Part shown: positions 16,900-24,716 of the stretch, piece by piece | How the letters are laid out: each line of letters starts with the position of its first letter | How positions within the stretch are numbered: the first letter of the stretch is position 1 | Assembly (NCBI GenBank): GCA_031396605.1 | Contig: JANNLB010000155.1 | Span: 1 to 56,568 of the forward strand | From: Geobacter sp. | GTDB taxonomy: Bacteria; Desulfobacterota; Desulfuromonadia; Geobacterales; Pseudopelobacteraceae | Length of the DNA stretch: 56,568 bases | Direction: 5' to 3' | Notes under the pieces: model-generated | The model's input: the letters and a program-made list of their open reading frames with translations, nothing else | The model's database searches: none | What the model was told of the DNA's origin: nothing | Made by a program: the position numbers and the translations under genes

Positions 16900-18284
16900 T
16901 GAGTGTCCGTCTCCTCAGTGGAACGGCAGGAATCGAACGAGGAGACGACGGCCGGCGCTTCCGGGAAGATTATTTTCGTCTTGGAGGGAAGCGCATCGAG
17001 TGTGGTTCCCTTGACCCTTCCCGAATAGGTGAGCATGTAAAACTCCCTGGGTTGGAGGCCCAAAATATCCTGGACCTTGAGGATGTCCTGCTCCACCTCC
17101 CGGGTCGTTACCTGGTTCGATCCAAAGATCCCCGTCAGGACGTTTCGCACCCCGAAATGCTTGACGACGTATTCGCTCGTCTCCGCGTCGGAACAGCGCA
17201 TGAAGATCTTCGTATTGGTGTTGTCGAGGATGCTCTTGCCGAACTCCTCACCCACGACAGCGTAGACCTGGTTTACCGACTGGGCAAAGGCTGTCACCAT
17301 TACGTCCGCTGATCCCGCCTTGGCGAAAAGGTCCTCTATTCCCTGGTAAAACAGGCTCTGCGCTTCATCGATGAAGATGGAGAGCGGGGGATCGACCCTC
17401 TGTTTGTTGGAATGATAGACCCTGCCGATGAAGGACTGGATCATAGAGAGGATAACCTTGCCGAGGGTTGCGGAAGCCTCCCGGGTAATCATCGTACCGG
17501 TGTGGACCACGAGGATGACCCGTTTTCCTTCCTCCAGGTTTTTGATGAAGCGGTTGGAGTCGGCCTGGCCGATGATTTTGCCGATATTGCCGGAGGAGAG
17601 CTCCATGAGGGCCGTCCTTAGCGTAGAGGAGACCTTGGCGTAGTACTCCATGGGGGACTTGAGAATATCCTCAAGCATCCCGGCCGTCAGGTCCGCCTCA
17701 TGCGTATTGAGACGGCGCAGCGCGTTCATCGTCTCCTCCAGGGCTTCACGGCGGATGCTTTGCCGGATGGTGTCGATGTTCATTACCGGCAGGCGGCCTT
17801 CCTCTTTTGCCAGGAGGATGTTGGCGGTGACGACGGCGGTGGTGATCTCCTTGGCGATGTTCCGGTAGAACGGCTCTTTTCCTCCCTGGATGCCGGAGAT
17901 AACATGGCCGACCAGTTCGTCTACCATGAAATAGTAGGCCATCGGGTCAACGACGGACGAGTATTCCGGAAAGATGGGAGTCACGAGCATCAGTTCATCG
18001 AGCCGCCCCGCCTTCCGCACCACATCGAAGATCTTCGTAAATATCTGCTGGTCACCCTTGGGATCGAAGTAAACGACCGAATACCCCTTGTTGATATCCT
18101 GTTCGATCAGGTTTTCGCAGAGCCTCGTCTTGCCGACGCCGGTCGTGCCGAACACGAACATGTGGCGCTTCCGAAAGGAGTCGGGGATGGAGAGCGGAAC
18201 AATTTTGGTCGGGTGCTCCATTTTCACCCCGACCCCAATATGGGTCAGGGGTTCATTTTCCGGACGTTTGCAAAATGGAAACAT
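16896..18284 (-). CDS. Type IV coupling protein-like (TraD/VirD4/FtsK-HerA superfamily) P-loop ATPase without obvious TM segments
   Basis: Walker A is FGTTGVGKTR and Walker B is SIFIDEAQSLF. TAFAQSVNQ...NTKIFMRCSDAETSEYV resembles the T4CP C-terminal region. An alternative start is ATG 18221. Confidence 0.65.
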   Translation of the reverse strand: MFPFCKRPENEPLTHIGVGVKMEHPTKIVPLSIPDSFRKRHMFVFGTTGVGKTRLCENLIEQDINKGYSVVYFDPKGDQQIFTKIFDVVRKAGRLDELMLVTPIFPEYSSVVDPMAYYFMVDELVGHVISGIQGGKEPFYRNIAKEITTAVVTANILLAKEEGRLPVMNIDTIRQSIRREALEETMNALRRLNTHEADLTAGMLEDILKSPMEYYAKVSSTLRTALMELSSGNIGKIIGQADSNRFIKNLEEGKRVILVVHTGTMITREASATLGKVILSMIQSFIGRVYHSNKQRVDPPLSIFIDEAQSLFYQGIEDLFAKAGSADVMVTAFAQSVNQVYAVVGEEFGKSILDNTNTKIFMRCSDAETSEYVVKHFGVRNVLTGIFGSNQVTTREVEQDILKVQDILGLQPREFYMLTYSGRVKGTTLDALPSKTKIIFPEAPAVVSSFDSCRSTEETDTQ

Positions 18285-18975
18285 TCAAGTGCTCTCCCAG
18301 TTCTTTTCCGACATGGTTGATAGCCTCCTTGGGGATGCGGATGGGTGTGATGATGTTGCTGAATCCGCCGGCAATCCTGCGCCGGCATTCGATGCCATAA
18401 ATTCCGGTCCGCTCCTGCAGGAGGAGCGCGGGAAGCTCCTTGCTGGTCCGGCTGAGCCGGATGCGAACATTGGCCGACCGGCTGTTGGCGACTATCGGCA
18501 GGACGCTCGATATGAAGAACTCCCGTACTTCACCGATCCGGAAACGGCCCCTTTCGTGAAGAGGCTGGTGGTCCACCGGGCATTCACCGGCCAGAATCAG
18601 TTGTTGGAAAACGTCGGTGAACTCCAGGGCGACGTGCAACATCCCGTTATCGGCGATCCGGGTTATCTCACCGGGTAAGGTAGTTCCCCGCAGCTCTTCC
18701 AGCTCCTCCGACTCACGCAGGGTCTGGCGTTTTTGTAGTTCCAGTTCGACCAGGTAGAGGATGTGGCGTCGCAGCTTACTGTCGATTTCCCCGGTGGAGA
18801 TCTCGACCGGTTCGCCCCTGTGCGAGAATGCGGTTATCTCCAGCTTGCCGTTGATCCTTACTGAGATGTTTTTTTTGAAGGCATGGGTAAGGGCCCGGGC
18901 AATCGCTACCTCAACCGCATCCAACGCGTCGGCTTCCCGAAGCCCGTATTTTGCCAGGAGCTCAGCGGGGATCAT
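18253..18975 (-). CDS. NusA-like protein (NusA-N / S1 / KH-like arrangement)
   Basis: PGEITRIADNGMLHVAL is S1-like. IRLSRTSKELPALLLQE matches the NusA LSRT..P.L motif. IECRRRIAGGFSNIITP...AINHVGKELGEHLNV is KH-like. Confidence 0.5.
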   Translation of the reverse strand: MIPAELLAKYGLREADALDAVEVAIARALTHAFKKNISVRINGKLEITAFSHRGEPVEISTGEIDSKLRRHILYLVELELQKRQTLRESEELEELRGTTLPGEITRIADNGMLHVALEFTDVFQQLILAGECPVDHQPLHERGRFRIGEVREFFISSVLPIVANSRSANVRIRLSRTSKELPALLLQERTGIYGIECRRRIAGGFSNIITPIRIPKEAINHVGKELGEHLNVSILQTSGK

Positions 18976-19489
18976 GACCGAACACCGCTTCCCATGGCGA
19001 TTCCTCCAAAGACACGCTGGCTGCTGCCACCTGTTTCTGTTCCTGACGGGTCTGCTGGAACGCTACTTGCTCCCGGCTCATCAGCCGGGCGATCCTGGCG
19101 GCGTACCTGTCCCGCTTCGACGGAGTGCGCGAGTTGTAGCAGCCGACTGCTGACCAAGTGTAGCCGTAGTCACGGATGCATTGGGCCAGCACCCAGGCCC
19201 CCACCTTGACGTTTGTGCACGGATCGGCAAGTGCTTCCCAAGAGATCCCCATCCTCCGAAGAGACGGCGCCCAGGAGGAATTGATCTGCATGAGCCCGAA
19301 GTCGTAACTCCCGTTGGTGTTGTTGTTGACGGCGGCAGGGTTGAAGTTGCTCTCTCCCTTGGAGATGGTCCAGAGAAGCCGGGGCGCGATGCCGTACATG
19401 GCGCCGGCCTCCTCGTAACAGAAGGCATGCGCTGTCCCGTAGGAACAGAGTGTCGACAGAATTATCAATCTCAGGATCACCCGACGCAT
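18962..19489 (-). CDS. Lytic transglycosylase (Slt domain; VirB1/Orf169-like)
   Basis: It has a signal peptide, a catalytic Glu context ISKGESNFNPAAV, and YDFGLMQINSSW. Confidence 0.85.
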   Translation of the reverse strand: MRRVILRLIILSTLCSYGTAHAFCYEEAGAMYGIAPRLLWTISKGESNFNPAAVNNNTNGSYDFGLMQINSSWAPSLRRMGISWEALADPCTNVKVGAWVLAQCIRDYGYTWSAVGCYNSRTPSKRDRYAARIARLMSREQVAFQQTRQEQKQVAAASVSLEESPWEAVFGHDPR

Positions 19490-19991
19490 TTTTCCCCCTT
19501 ACAACATAAATTCTGCGGGGGGGAAGTATGATGTGAGAAAATTCGGGAAAAAATTTGTTGTGTAAATTGTTTATCGTTGTTTTGCCGGAGAGTTACAGCG
19601 ATGGGGTGAGGTCGAAATAATTTTTAAGAGTGTATCTGAAGAGAAAAGGGGGGTTTTGCGATGCAGAAATTGACTCGTTGACTTCATGGTTGGTCGGAGC
19701 CGATATGGATCGCCACGATCTTAACGCCGGGCCGCAAGCTCAAACATGTCTGGTTCGAGTGGCGTAACCGAAAGCACATCCTGGAGACGACATATCACTG
19801 GAAAGAACAGGCAGGCGCCACGACACTCATGCACTACTCTGTTACGGATGGCGAGGCTCTTTATGATCAGATATCGAAAATATACAATACATATAAAATA
19901 GTGTCTAAAAGTCAACTTTAAGTTTACATTGGATACCAAATATAATACTATATTTTGAAGGCAATCAGAATAAATATAAAAAAGCGCTCAA

Positions 19992-20771
19992 ATGTCAACT
20001 AATAGTTTACATTCAAGTAAAAATTTAATAACAGCTATGTTTTCACTGCCGAAGGGGATGCCGGTTACGACCAGTCAAATGGTGCGTTGGGGCATATCTC
20101 GGCAGTTGACGCACAGGTATGTCCAAAGCGGCTGGCTTGAACCATTAGGCTACGGTTATTTCCTGCGACCGGAAGACACGCTAACTTTGCCGGGAGCGGT
20201 GGCAGCTCTTGAGGCACAAGGGGTGGCAGTACACATAGGCGGCAAAACGGCTCTGTCGTTACTGGGAGTCGTTCATTACCTGGCAATGGGCAAGGAGAAA
20301 CTGTTTCTTTACGGCACGGCACGGAAAAATCTTCCAGGCTGGTTTACCCACAAGTTTCCCTGTGAAGTCCGTATGAGTCACCTGTTTGATGAAGTTGTGG
20401 GACTGGAGAACAGGATGCATGTGAGACGCCAGGATGAAAATGATCCTTTCTCTCCCTTCGTCTCAGAGCCAGAACGGGCACTACTTGAGATGCTCGATGA
20501 CGTGCCTCAAAAACAAAGCCTCGATGAAGCCCGAAAAATAATGGAGCCCTTGTATACCCTGCGTCACGAAGTTCTGCAGTCACTCCTGGAAGCTTGCACA
20601 AGAATAAAGGTTAAGCGACTTTTTTTCTCACTGGCGGATGATTTAAAGCTACCGGTCTTGCAGCAACTGGACCTGAACCGTATGGATTTTGGCGCGGATT
20701 CCGTTTACATACGGACTAAAAAAGGGAACTCTCTGAAATTAAAGAATCCCAGGATGGCAAAACATGGATAG
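19992..20771 (+). CDS. abiEi: AbiEi-family antitoxin / transcriptional regulator (type IV TA)
   Basis: 259 aa. The N-terminal wHTH-like segment is VTTSQMVRWGISRQLTHRYVQSGWLEPLGYGYF. It overlaps the downstream AbiEii gene by 8 nt. Confidence 0.7.
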   Translation: MSTNSLHSSKNLITAMFSLPKGMPVTTSQMVRWGISRQLTHRYVQSGWLEPLGYGYFLRPEDTLTLPGAVAALEAQGVAVHIGGKTALSLLGVVHYLAMGKEKLFLYGTARKNLPGWFTHKFPCEVRMSHLFDEVVGLENRMHVRRQDENDPFSPFVSEPERALLEMLDDVPQKQSLDEARKIMEPLYTLRHEVLQSLLEACTRIKVKRLFFSLADDLKLPVLQQLDLNRMDFGADSVYIRTKKGNSLKLKNPRMAKHG

Positions 20772-21699
20772 CCGTTACCTCGAAATAGTAAGACTACTGA
20801 TCGATGCAGCACCGTTCGTTTTTACCCAGAAATGCTTTGCTTTGAAAGGTGGCACGGCAATAAATCTGTTTCTGGAGGACATGCCGAGACTATCGGTCGA
20901 TATAGACCTGGTTTATACGCGCCTTGATCATACTGATCGTGTGGCTGCGCTTGCTGCGATCGAAAAATCTCTTCATGCCGTTACTGATCTTCTGGAAAGC
21001 AAGCTGGGTGTTACGGTACGACCGACAACGTCGGGCAGTGAACACGAGTCGAAGCTTTTTATATCAAGGGGGCCCGTGCTGCTCAAGGTGGAAGTTAATC
21101 ACGTGTTCCGTGGTGCGGTATATCCTCTTGTGGTCGGCACCATGTCGGTGCAGGCGCAGAAACGTTTTTCGCGGGCTCTTTCCGTCCCTATGCTCGACCC
21201 GGACGAATTGTACGCAAGCAAACTCGTTGCGGCTATGGATCGTCAGCATCCGCGGGATCTCTTTGACGTGATGTTGTTGCTTGAAGGCGGAGGCATCACG
21301 CCGCGGATGCGTCGCGCCTTCACGGTCTACCTTGCCGGGCACAATCGTCCGATTCATGAACTGCTATCGCCTAACCCAAAGGACATCAGGACAGAATTTG
21401 AGAGTGATTTTGTTGGTATGGCCAGCAGAGAAGTTTCGCTCGAACAGCTTGAAGATGTCCGGGAGAAGATATTCCGGGAACTGCCTGCATCCCTTGACGA
21501 AGCCGAACGCAGCTTTCTGCTTTCAGTTAACCGCTGCGAGCCGGACTGGGAAATTCTCGGATTGGCCGGGATAGAAAACCTGCCGGCCATCAAATGGAAA
21601 TTGCTGAACCTTGGCAAGCTCGCCAGAGCCAATCCGAAGAAGTACGCGATGATTCTGAAATCATTGGAAGAGAAGTTCAATGCAGCTATGACTTTTTAA
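20764..21699 (+). CDS. abiEii: AbiEii/AbiGii-family nucleotidyltransferase toxin
   Basis: NTase motifs are ALKGGTAINLF...LSVDIDLVY and HPRDLFDV. Confidence 0.85.
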   Translation: MDSRYLEIVRLLIDAAPFVFTQKCFALKGGTAINLFLEDMPRLSVDIDLVYTRLDHTDRVAALAAIEKSLHAVTDLLESKLGVTVRPTTSGSEHESKLFISRGPVLLKVEVNHVFRGAVYPLVVGTMSVQAQKRFSRALSVPMLDPDELYASKLVAAMDRQHPRDLFDVMLLLEGGGITPRMRRAFTVYLAGHNRPIHELLSPNPKDIRTEFESDFVGMASREVSLEQLEDVREKIFRELPASLDEAERSFLLSVNRCEPDWEILGLAGIENLPAIKWKLLNLGKLARANPKKYAMILKSLEEKFNAAMTF

Positions 21700-23054
21700 T
21701 GGATGACTGATTGCTCTGCCGCTTCACTCTGCGACGGTTTATTTTTCAGTATCTCAAGCAGAAGGACTTCCCATTTGAGGAGAGCATCTTTCTTCTCATT
21801 ATCGTAGCGGTACTTGTTGTAAACTCCTATAATTCCTGGCTTAGTATGGTTCAAGACTTCTTCTGCATGTTCGTCTGAAATGCCAATACGCGGCATGTTC
21901 GTTCGAGCAGTGCGTCGGAGATCGTGCGGGGTCCAGGGGGACATCCCGAAATAAGGGGCCTTCCTTGCCTTTATTTTTCTGGTTCCGACCATCTTGATAA
22001 TTTCATTCGACAAGTAACCACGGTTGATTGCCTGGGAAAGGGTGTTCCCGGCAACATGCCCCTTGTTATCCTTCCCTGATGGGAAAATATATCCTTTCAG
22101 GCCGCCGATCAGGGAAAGAGCCATATCGGTCAGATAGACCCGGTGCTCTCTTCCATTTTTTGCTACATCTGCGGGAATCGTCCACCATCTGTCCTTGATC
22201 TGATCACTATGCATCTGTGATACTTCACCAGGACGTTGCGCAGTAATGAGAATCATCTTGAGTGCACGTTTCACCGAATTGGAAGAAGGCGACTTCGATA
22301 TCTTTGTCCATGCCTGAAGAACCTCATCATCATCCAGTACTCTCTCACGAGCTTTCGATATTGCTTTCGGCACGGCTTTCGTTATTTGCAAAAACGGCTG
22401 GTTTTCAACCCATTCCCGCTGAAGTGCGTACTCGAACATCTGCCTGCCGGCTTTAAGCACATTTCCGGCCTGCCCCGGCGCGCGGGATGCTATGCTTTGA
22501 ATCAGCATGACGGCATCCTTACGGCGGACCTCCGTAATGGGTTTCCTCCCAATGGAGGAGATAATTCCGCTCTGAAGAGCGTAGAGAAGATTTCTCTGGG
22601 TTTGAATTCCATGATTTTCTCTGGAGTACATGACGAAGTACACCGCTGCAAGCTGCTCGACGGTTGAGGGAACGAATCCGTTTGGGATCCCTTCGTCCAT
22701 GAGAGTCTGGAAAATGTGCCGCTCAATCAAGGTGGCGGTGTTGGCGATATCCTCGGCCTTTTTCCTCGCATCGGCCAACTCCTCGGCGGCGGCTTTCTTT
22801 TGGACACGAGGGTCAATTCCTCTCTTGATCAACTTGTATGCGTCGTTGTACGCTATCCTTGCGTCAGCCAATGATATGGCGGGATAGTTGCCAATATGCA
22901 AATACCCCTTTTGTTTGTTCAGCTCGAAGATGTACAAGAATGACTTCGACCCCGAGGGGAGGACTTGAAATGCGAAACCTCTCCCCTCCCTGACCGTGTA
23001 TTTCTTCTCTTGAGGCTTGAGAGAGACCAGGAATCTTTCCGTGAATTGCTTCAT
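21696..23054 (-). CDS. int: Tyrosine-type site-specific integrase (P4-like, DUF4102 N-terminal arm-binding domain)
   Basis: The N-terminus reads LKPQEKKYTVREGRGFAFQVLPSGSKSFLYIF. Catalytic region motifs are TPHDLRRTARTN and LNHTKPGIIGVYNKY. It sits adjacent to a tRNA 3' fragment. Confidence 0.9.
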   Translation of the reverse strand: MKQFTERFLVSLKPQEKKYTVREGRGFAFQVLPSGSKSFLYIFELNKQKGYLHIGNYPAISLADARIAYNDAYKLIKRGIDPRVQKKAAAEELADARKKAEDIANTATLIERHIFQTLMDEGIPNGFVPSTVEQLAAVYFVMYSRENHGIQTQRNLLYALQSGIISSIGRKPITEVRRKDAVMLIQSIASRAPGQAGNVLKAGRQMFEYALQREWVENQPFLQITKAVPKAISKARERVLDDDEVLQAWTKISKSPSSNSVKRALKMILITAQRPGEVSQMHSDQIKDRWWTIPADVAKNGREHRVYLTDMALSLIGGLKGYIFPSGKDNKGHVAGNTLSQAINRGYLSNEIIKMVGTRKIKARKAPYFGMSPWTPHDLRRTARTNMPRIGISDEHAEEVLNHTKPGIIGVYNKYRYDNEKKDALLKWEVLLLEILKNKPSQSEAAEQSVIH

Positions 23055-23070
23055 TCACTCCTCCATTTTT

Positions 23071-23133
23071 TGCATCCGTTTTGCATCCGTTTAAGTCGTA
23101 AAAGAACCCCTTGCATCCGTTTTGCATCCGTTT
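23071..23133. repeat. Four copies of the 11-mer TGCATCCGTTT (2 + 2 tandem, 19-bp spacer) upstream of int
   Basis: Exact copies lie at 23071-23081, 23082-23092, 23112-23122 and 23123-23133, with a partial fifth (TGCAGG) at 23134. They sit between the int start (23054) and the att core. Confidence 0.85.
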
Positions 23134-23271
23134 TGCAGGTGGCAAAGAGAGATTAATTATGAAACTTCAAGACACGAAATTACTATATTTTATGTACATT
23201 GTCAATGAGTTGAGTAAGGCTATCGATACAAGCGGATGCAAGCTGAAACAGTCTGAATATGAAATCATCAA

Positions 23272-23318
23272 AATTCCCAAGGTTGAGGTCGCGAGTTCGA
23301 ATCTCGTTTCCCGCTCCA
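23272..23318 (+). other. 3' half of tRNA-Gly (anticodon-loop CCC through CCA); probable island att site
   Basis: TTCCCAAGGTTGAGGTCGCGAGTTCGAATCTCGTTTCCCGCTCCA matches the anticodon loop, T-arm and acceptor 3' strand of bacterial tRNA-Gly (discriminator U, CCA). No D-arm or 5' acceptor strand (GCGGGAA) lies upstream. Confidence 0.7.
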
Positions 23319-23330
23319 ATATAAATAGGT

Positions 23331-23357
23331 TCAGCCAGAACAGGCTGGACCTTTTTT
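23331..23357 (+). terminator. Weak rho-independent terminator after the tRNA fragment
   Basis: A TCAGCC [AGAACA] GGCTGG stem (5 bp plus a wobble) is followed by a T6 run. Confidence 0.4.
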
Positions 23358-23493
23358 GCGTTCTGAGTGGCCTCAGATAGATTGCCAATGAAGCTTGAAC
23401 ATGCTAATCAAAACAGCCAGGCGGGTTGATATGTCGCAGCCAAAAAAATTGAATCGCCGGCATTCAATACTAAAGCACGCGGAGGAAAGGTAA

Positions 23494-24105
23494 ATGACCA
23501 CGAACGTCAATCAGGCCTGCGATAGCGGTTCAGGCAAGGCTTCGCGTGCCGGAACCGTTTTGCGGTTGGCGCTGATGGGCATCGTCTTGTGCCTCCTTGC
23601 CCCCTGGCCGAGCCGCGCAGAAGACCTGCGTTTGCTGAGCGTCGGCATGCGAGCGCGCGTCTCAGGGGTGACCGTGCTCGGAGATGTGCAACCGGAGTCG
23701 TTTCAAGAGTACGACGCGGTGGCGAACTTCGGGCTGCCCTGGGGGCGATATTCCCTGTCTGGCTGGGGAGTGGGCACGCGGCTGATGGCGAGCGCCGGGG
23801 CTCTTCGGGGAGTAGGGGAAACCGCGCTCGTCGTTTCTCTCATCCCCGTTCTTGCCCTTGGGAGTCAAGACGGGCGGCTTACATTGGACCTGGGAATTGG
23901 AGGAGCGCTGCTCAGCAAGTATCGTTTTGGGACACAGGACTACGGCGGACCTTTCCAATTTGCCCTGACTCTAGGCACCGGCGTTCCGCTCTACGAACGC
24001 CTGGGGCTGGGCTACCGGTTTATGCACTATTCCGATGCAGGCATTAACGGTTCTAACACCACAGGGGCGGATTTTCACATGGTTGAGTTCACCTACCGGT
24101 TCTGA
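23494..24105 (+). CDS. Acyloxyacyl hydrolase / lipid A deacylase (PagL-like) outer-membrane protein
   Basis: It has a signal peptide and beta-barrel-like repeats. The C-terminus is FMHYSDAGINGSN...FHMVEFTYRF. Confidence 0.65.
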   Translation: MTTNVNQACDSGSGKASRAGTVLRLALMGIVLCLLAPWPSRAEDLRLLSVGMRARVSGVTVLGDVQPESFQEYDAVANFGLPWGRYSLSGWGVGTRLMASAGALRGVGETALVVSLIPVLALGSQDGRLTLDLGIGGALLSKYRFGTQDYGGPFQFALTLGTGVPLYERLGLGYRFMHYSDAGINGSNTTGADFHMVEFTYRF

Positions 24106-24135
24106 CGCCTGGGGGTTGTCAATCGGCGTTGAAAA

Positions 24136-24321
24136 TTGACCCACCCCAGGATAGAGGCATGTGATATGTGCGGAGGATATCTGAAGGAAATTTCATCCTT
24201 TACACCCACTCCGCCCGAAATGCTTGTTGTGGAAGACCTTGCTACTCTGCATCTGGATTTTATAGCTCAGCAAATGGGGTATGTGAAATCAACACAATAC
24301 GGGATGCCACCGGTTGAATAA
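24136..24321 (+). pseudogene. C-terminal fragment of an FdhE-like protein
   Basis: ACDMCGGYLKEI...PEMLVVEDLATLHLDFIAQQMGY parallels the last CxxC and DDLAS..LD...EG tail of FdhE. Only about 60 codons are present. Confidence 0.45.
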
Positions 24322-24716
24322 TGAGTAGAATAAAGCGGGTTGACACAAATGTTCACGGACAGCGGTAAAAAAGACAGTTATGCCAGACGACGTCTTTACA
24401 GAATTTCTTCACAAAGACACCAGCTTTCAGATCATTGCTGCTGTCCATGAAGCACGCAATATCACTGCTGTTAAAGAAGGACAAAACGGACTCGTTTTTT
24501 ATTGTATCGATACTTGACTTCAAAACTTTCTCTGTTACCATATAACACAAATTAATGCTCTTAACGAAAAGAAATATTCTTCCGAGGCCCAGACTTGGGA
24601 ACCCATGAAAAACCATATGTATATGATTGCCGATGCGCTGGGAAAAGGGATTGTGAAACAGTTCCCGAAGAAGTTCTAACCAATAACTTGAATTCAACAT
24701 TACGAGAGGAACGCAC

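Noticed and set aside
13168-19531. Many 60-250-aa ORFs on the plus strand across the tra block (e.g. 14879-15619, 17700-18320, 18088-18678)
   Set aside because: The region is GC-rich, so long stop-free antisense frames are expected. The minus-strand genes carry recognisable TraH, TraF, T4CP and Slt motifs and good RBSs.
19700-19925. Plus-strand stop-free frame ending IVSKSQL* (…VWFEWRNRKHILETTYHWKEQAGATTLMHYSVTDGEALYDQISKIY…) upstream of abiEi
   Set aside because: It has no canonical start codon after the preceding TGA and no family recognised. It may be a pseudogene fragment. The listed minus-strand ORF 19721-19939 looks non-coding as well.
23071-23133. Could the short tandem repeats be a CRISPR array?
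   Set aside because: The units are 11 bp, directly abutting or separated by a single 19-bp spacer. There are no 25-40-bp repeat/spacer alternations anywhere in the window.
23232-23318. Possible complete tRNA ending at the CCA of 23318 (GCGG... occurs 87 nt upstream)
   Set aside because: There is no D-arm. The candidate anticodon stem CAAAA/GGTTG does not pair. The acceptor would pair only 4 of 7 bp, and the length is wrong for tRNA-Gly. I treat it as a 3' half only.
23111-23380. 89-aa plus-strand ORF (and 73-aa minus-strand ORF) spanning the tRNA fragment
   Set aside because: It runs through the 11-mer repeats, the tRNA-derived sequence and the terminator. It has no RBS and its composition is not protein-like.
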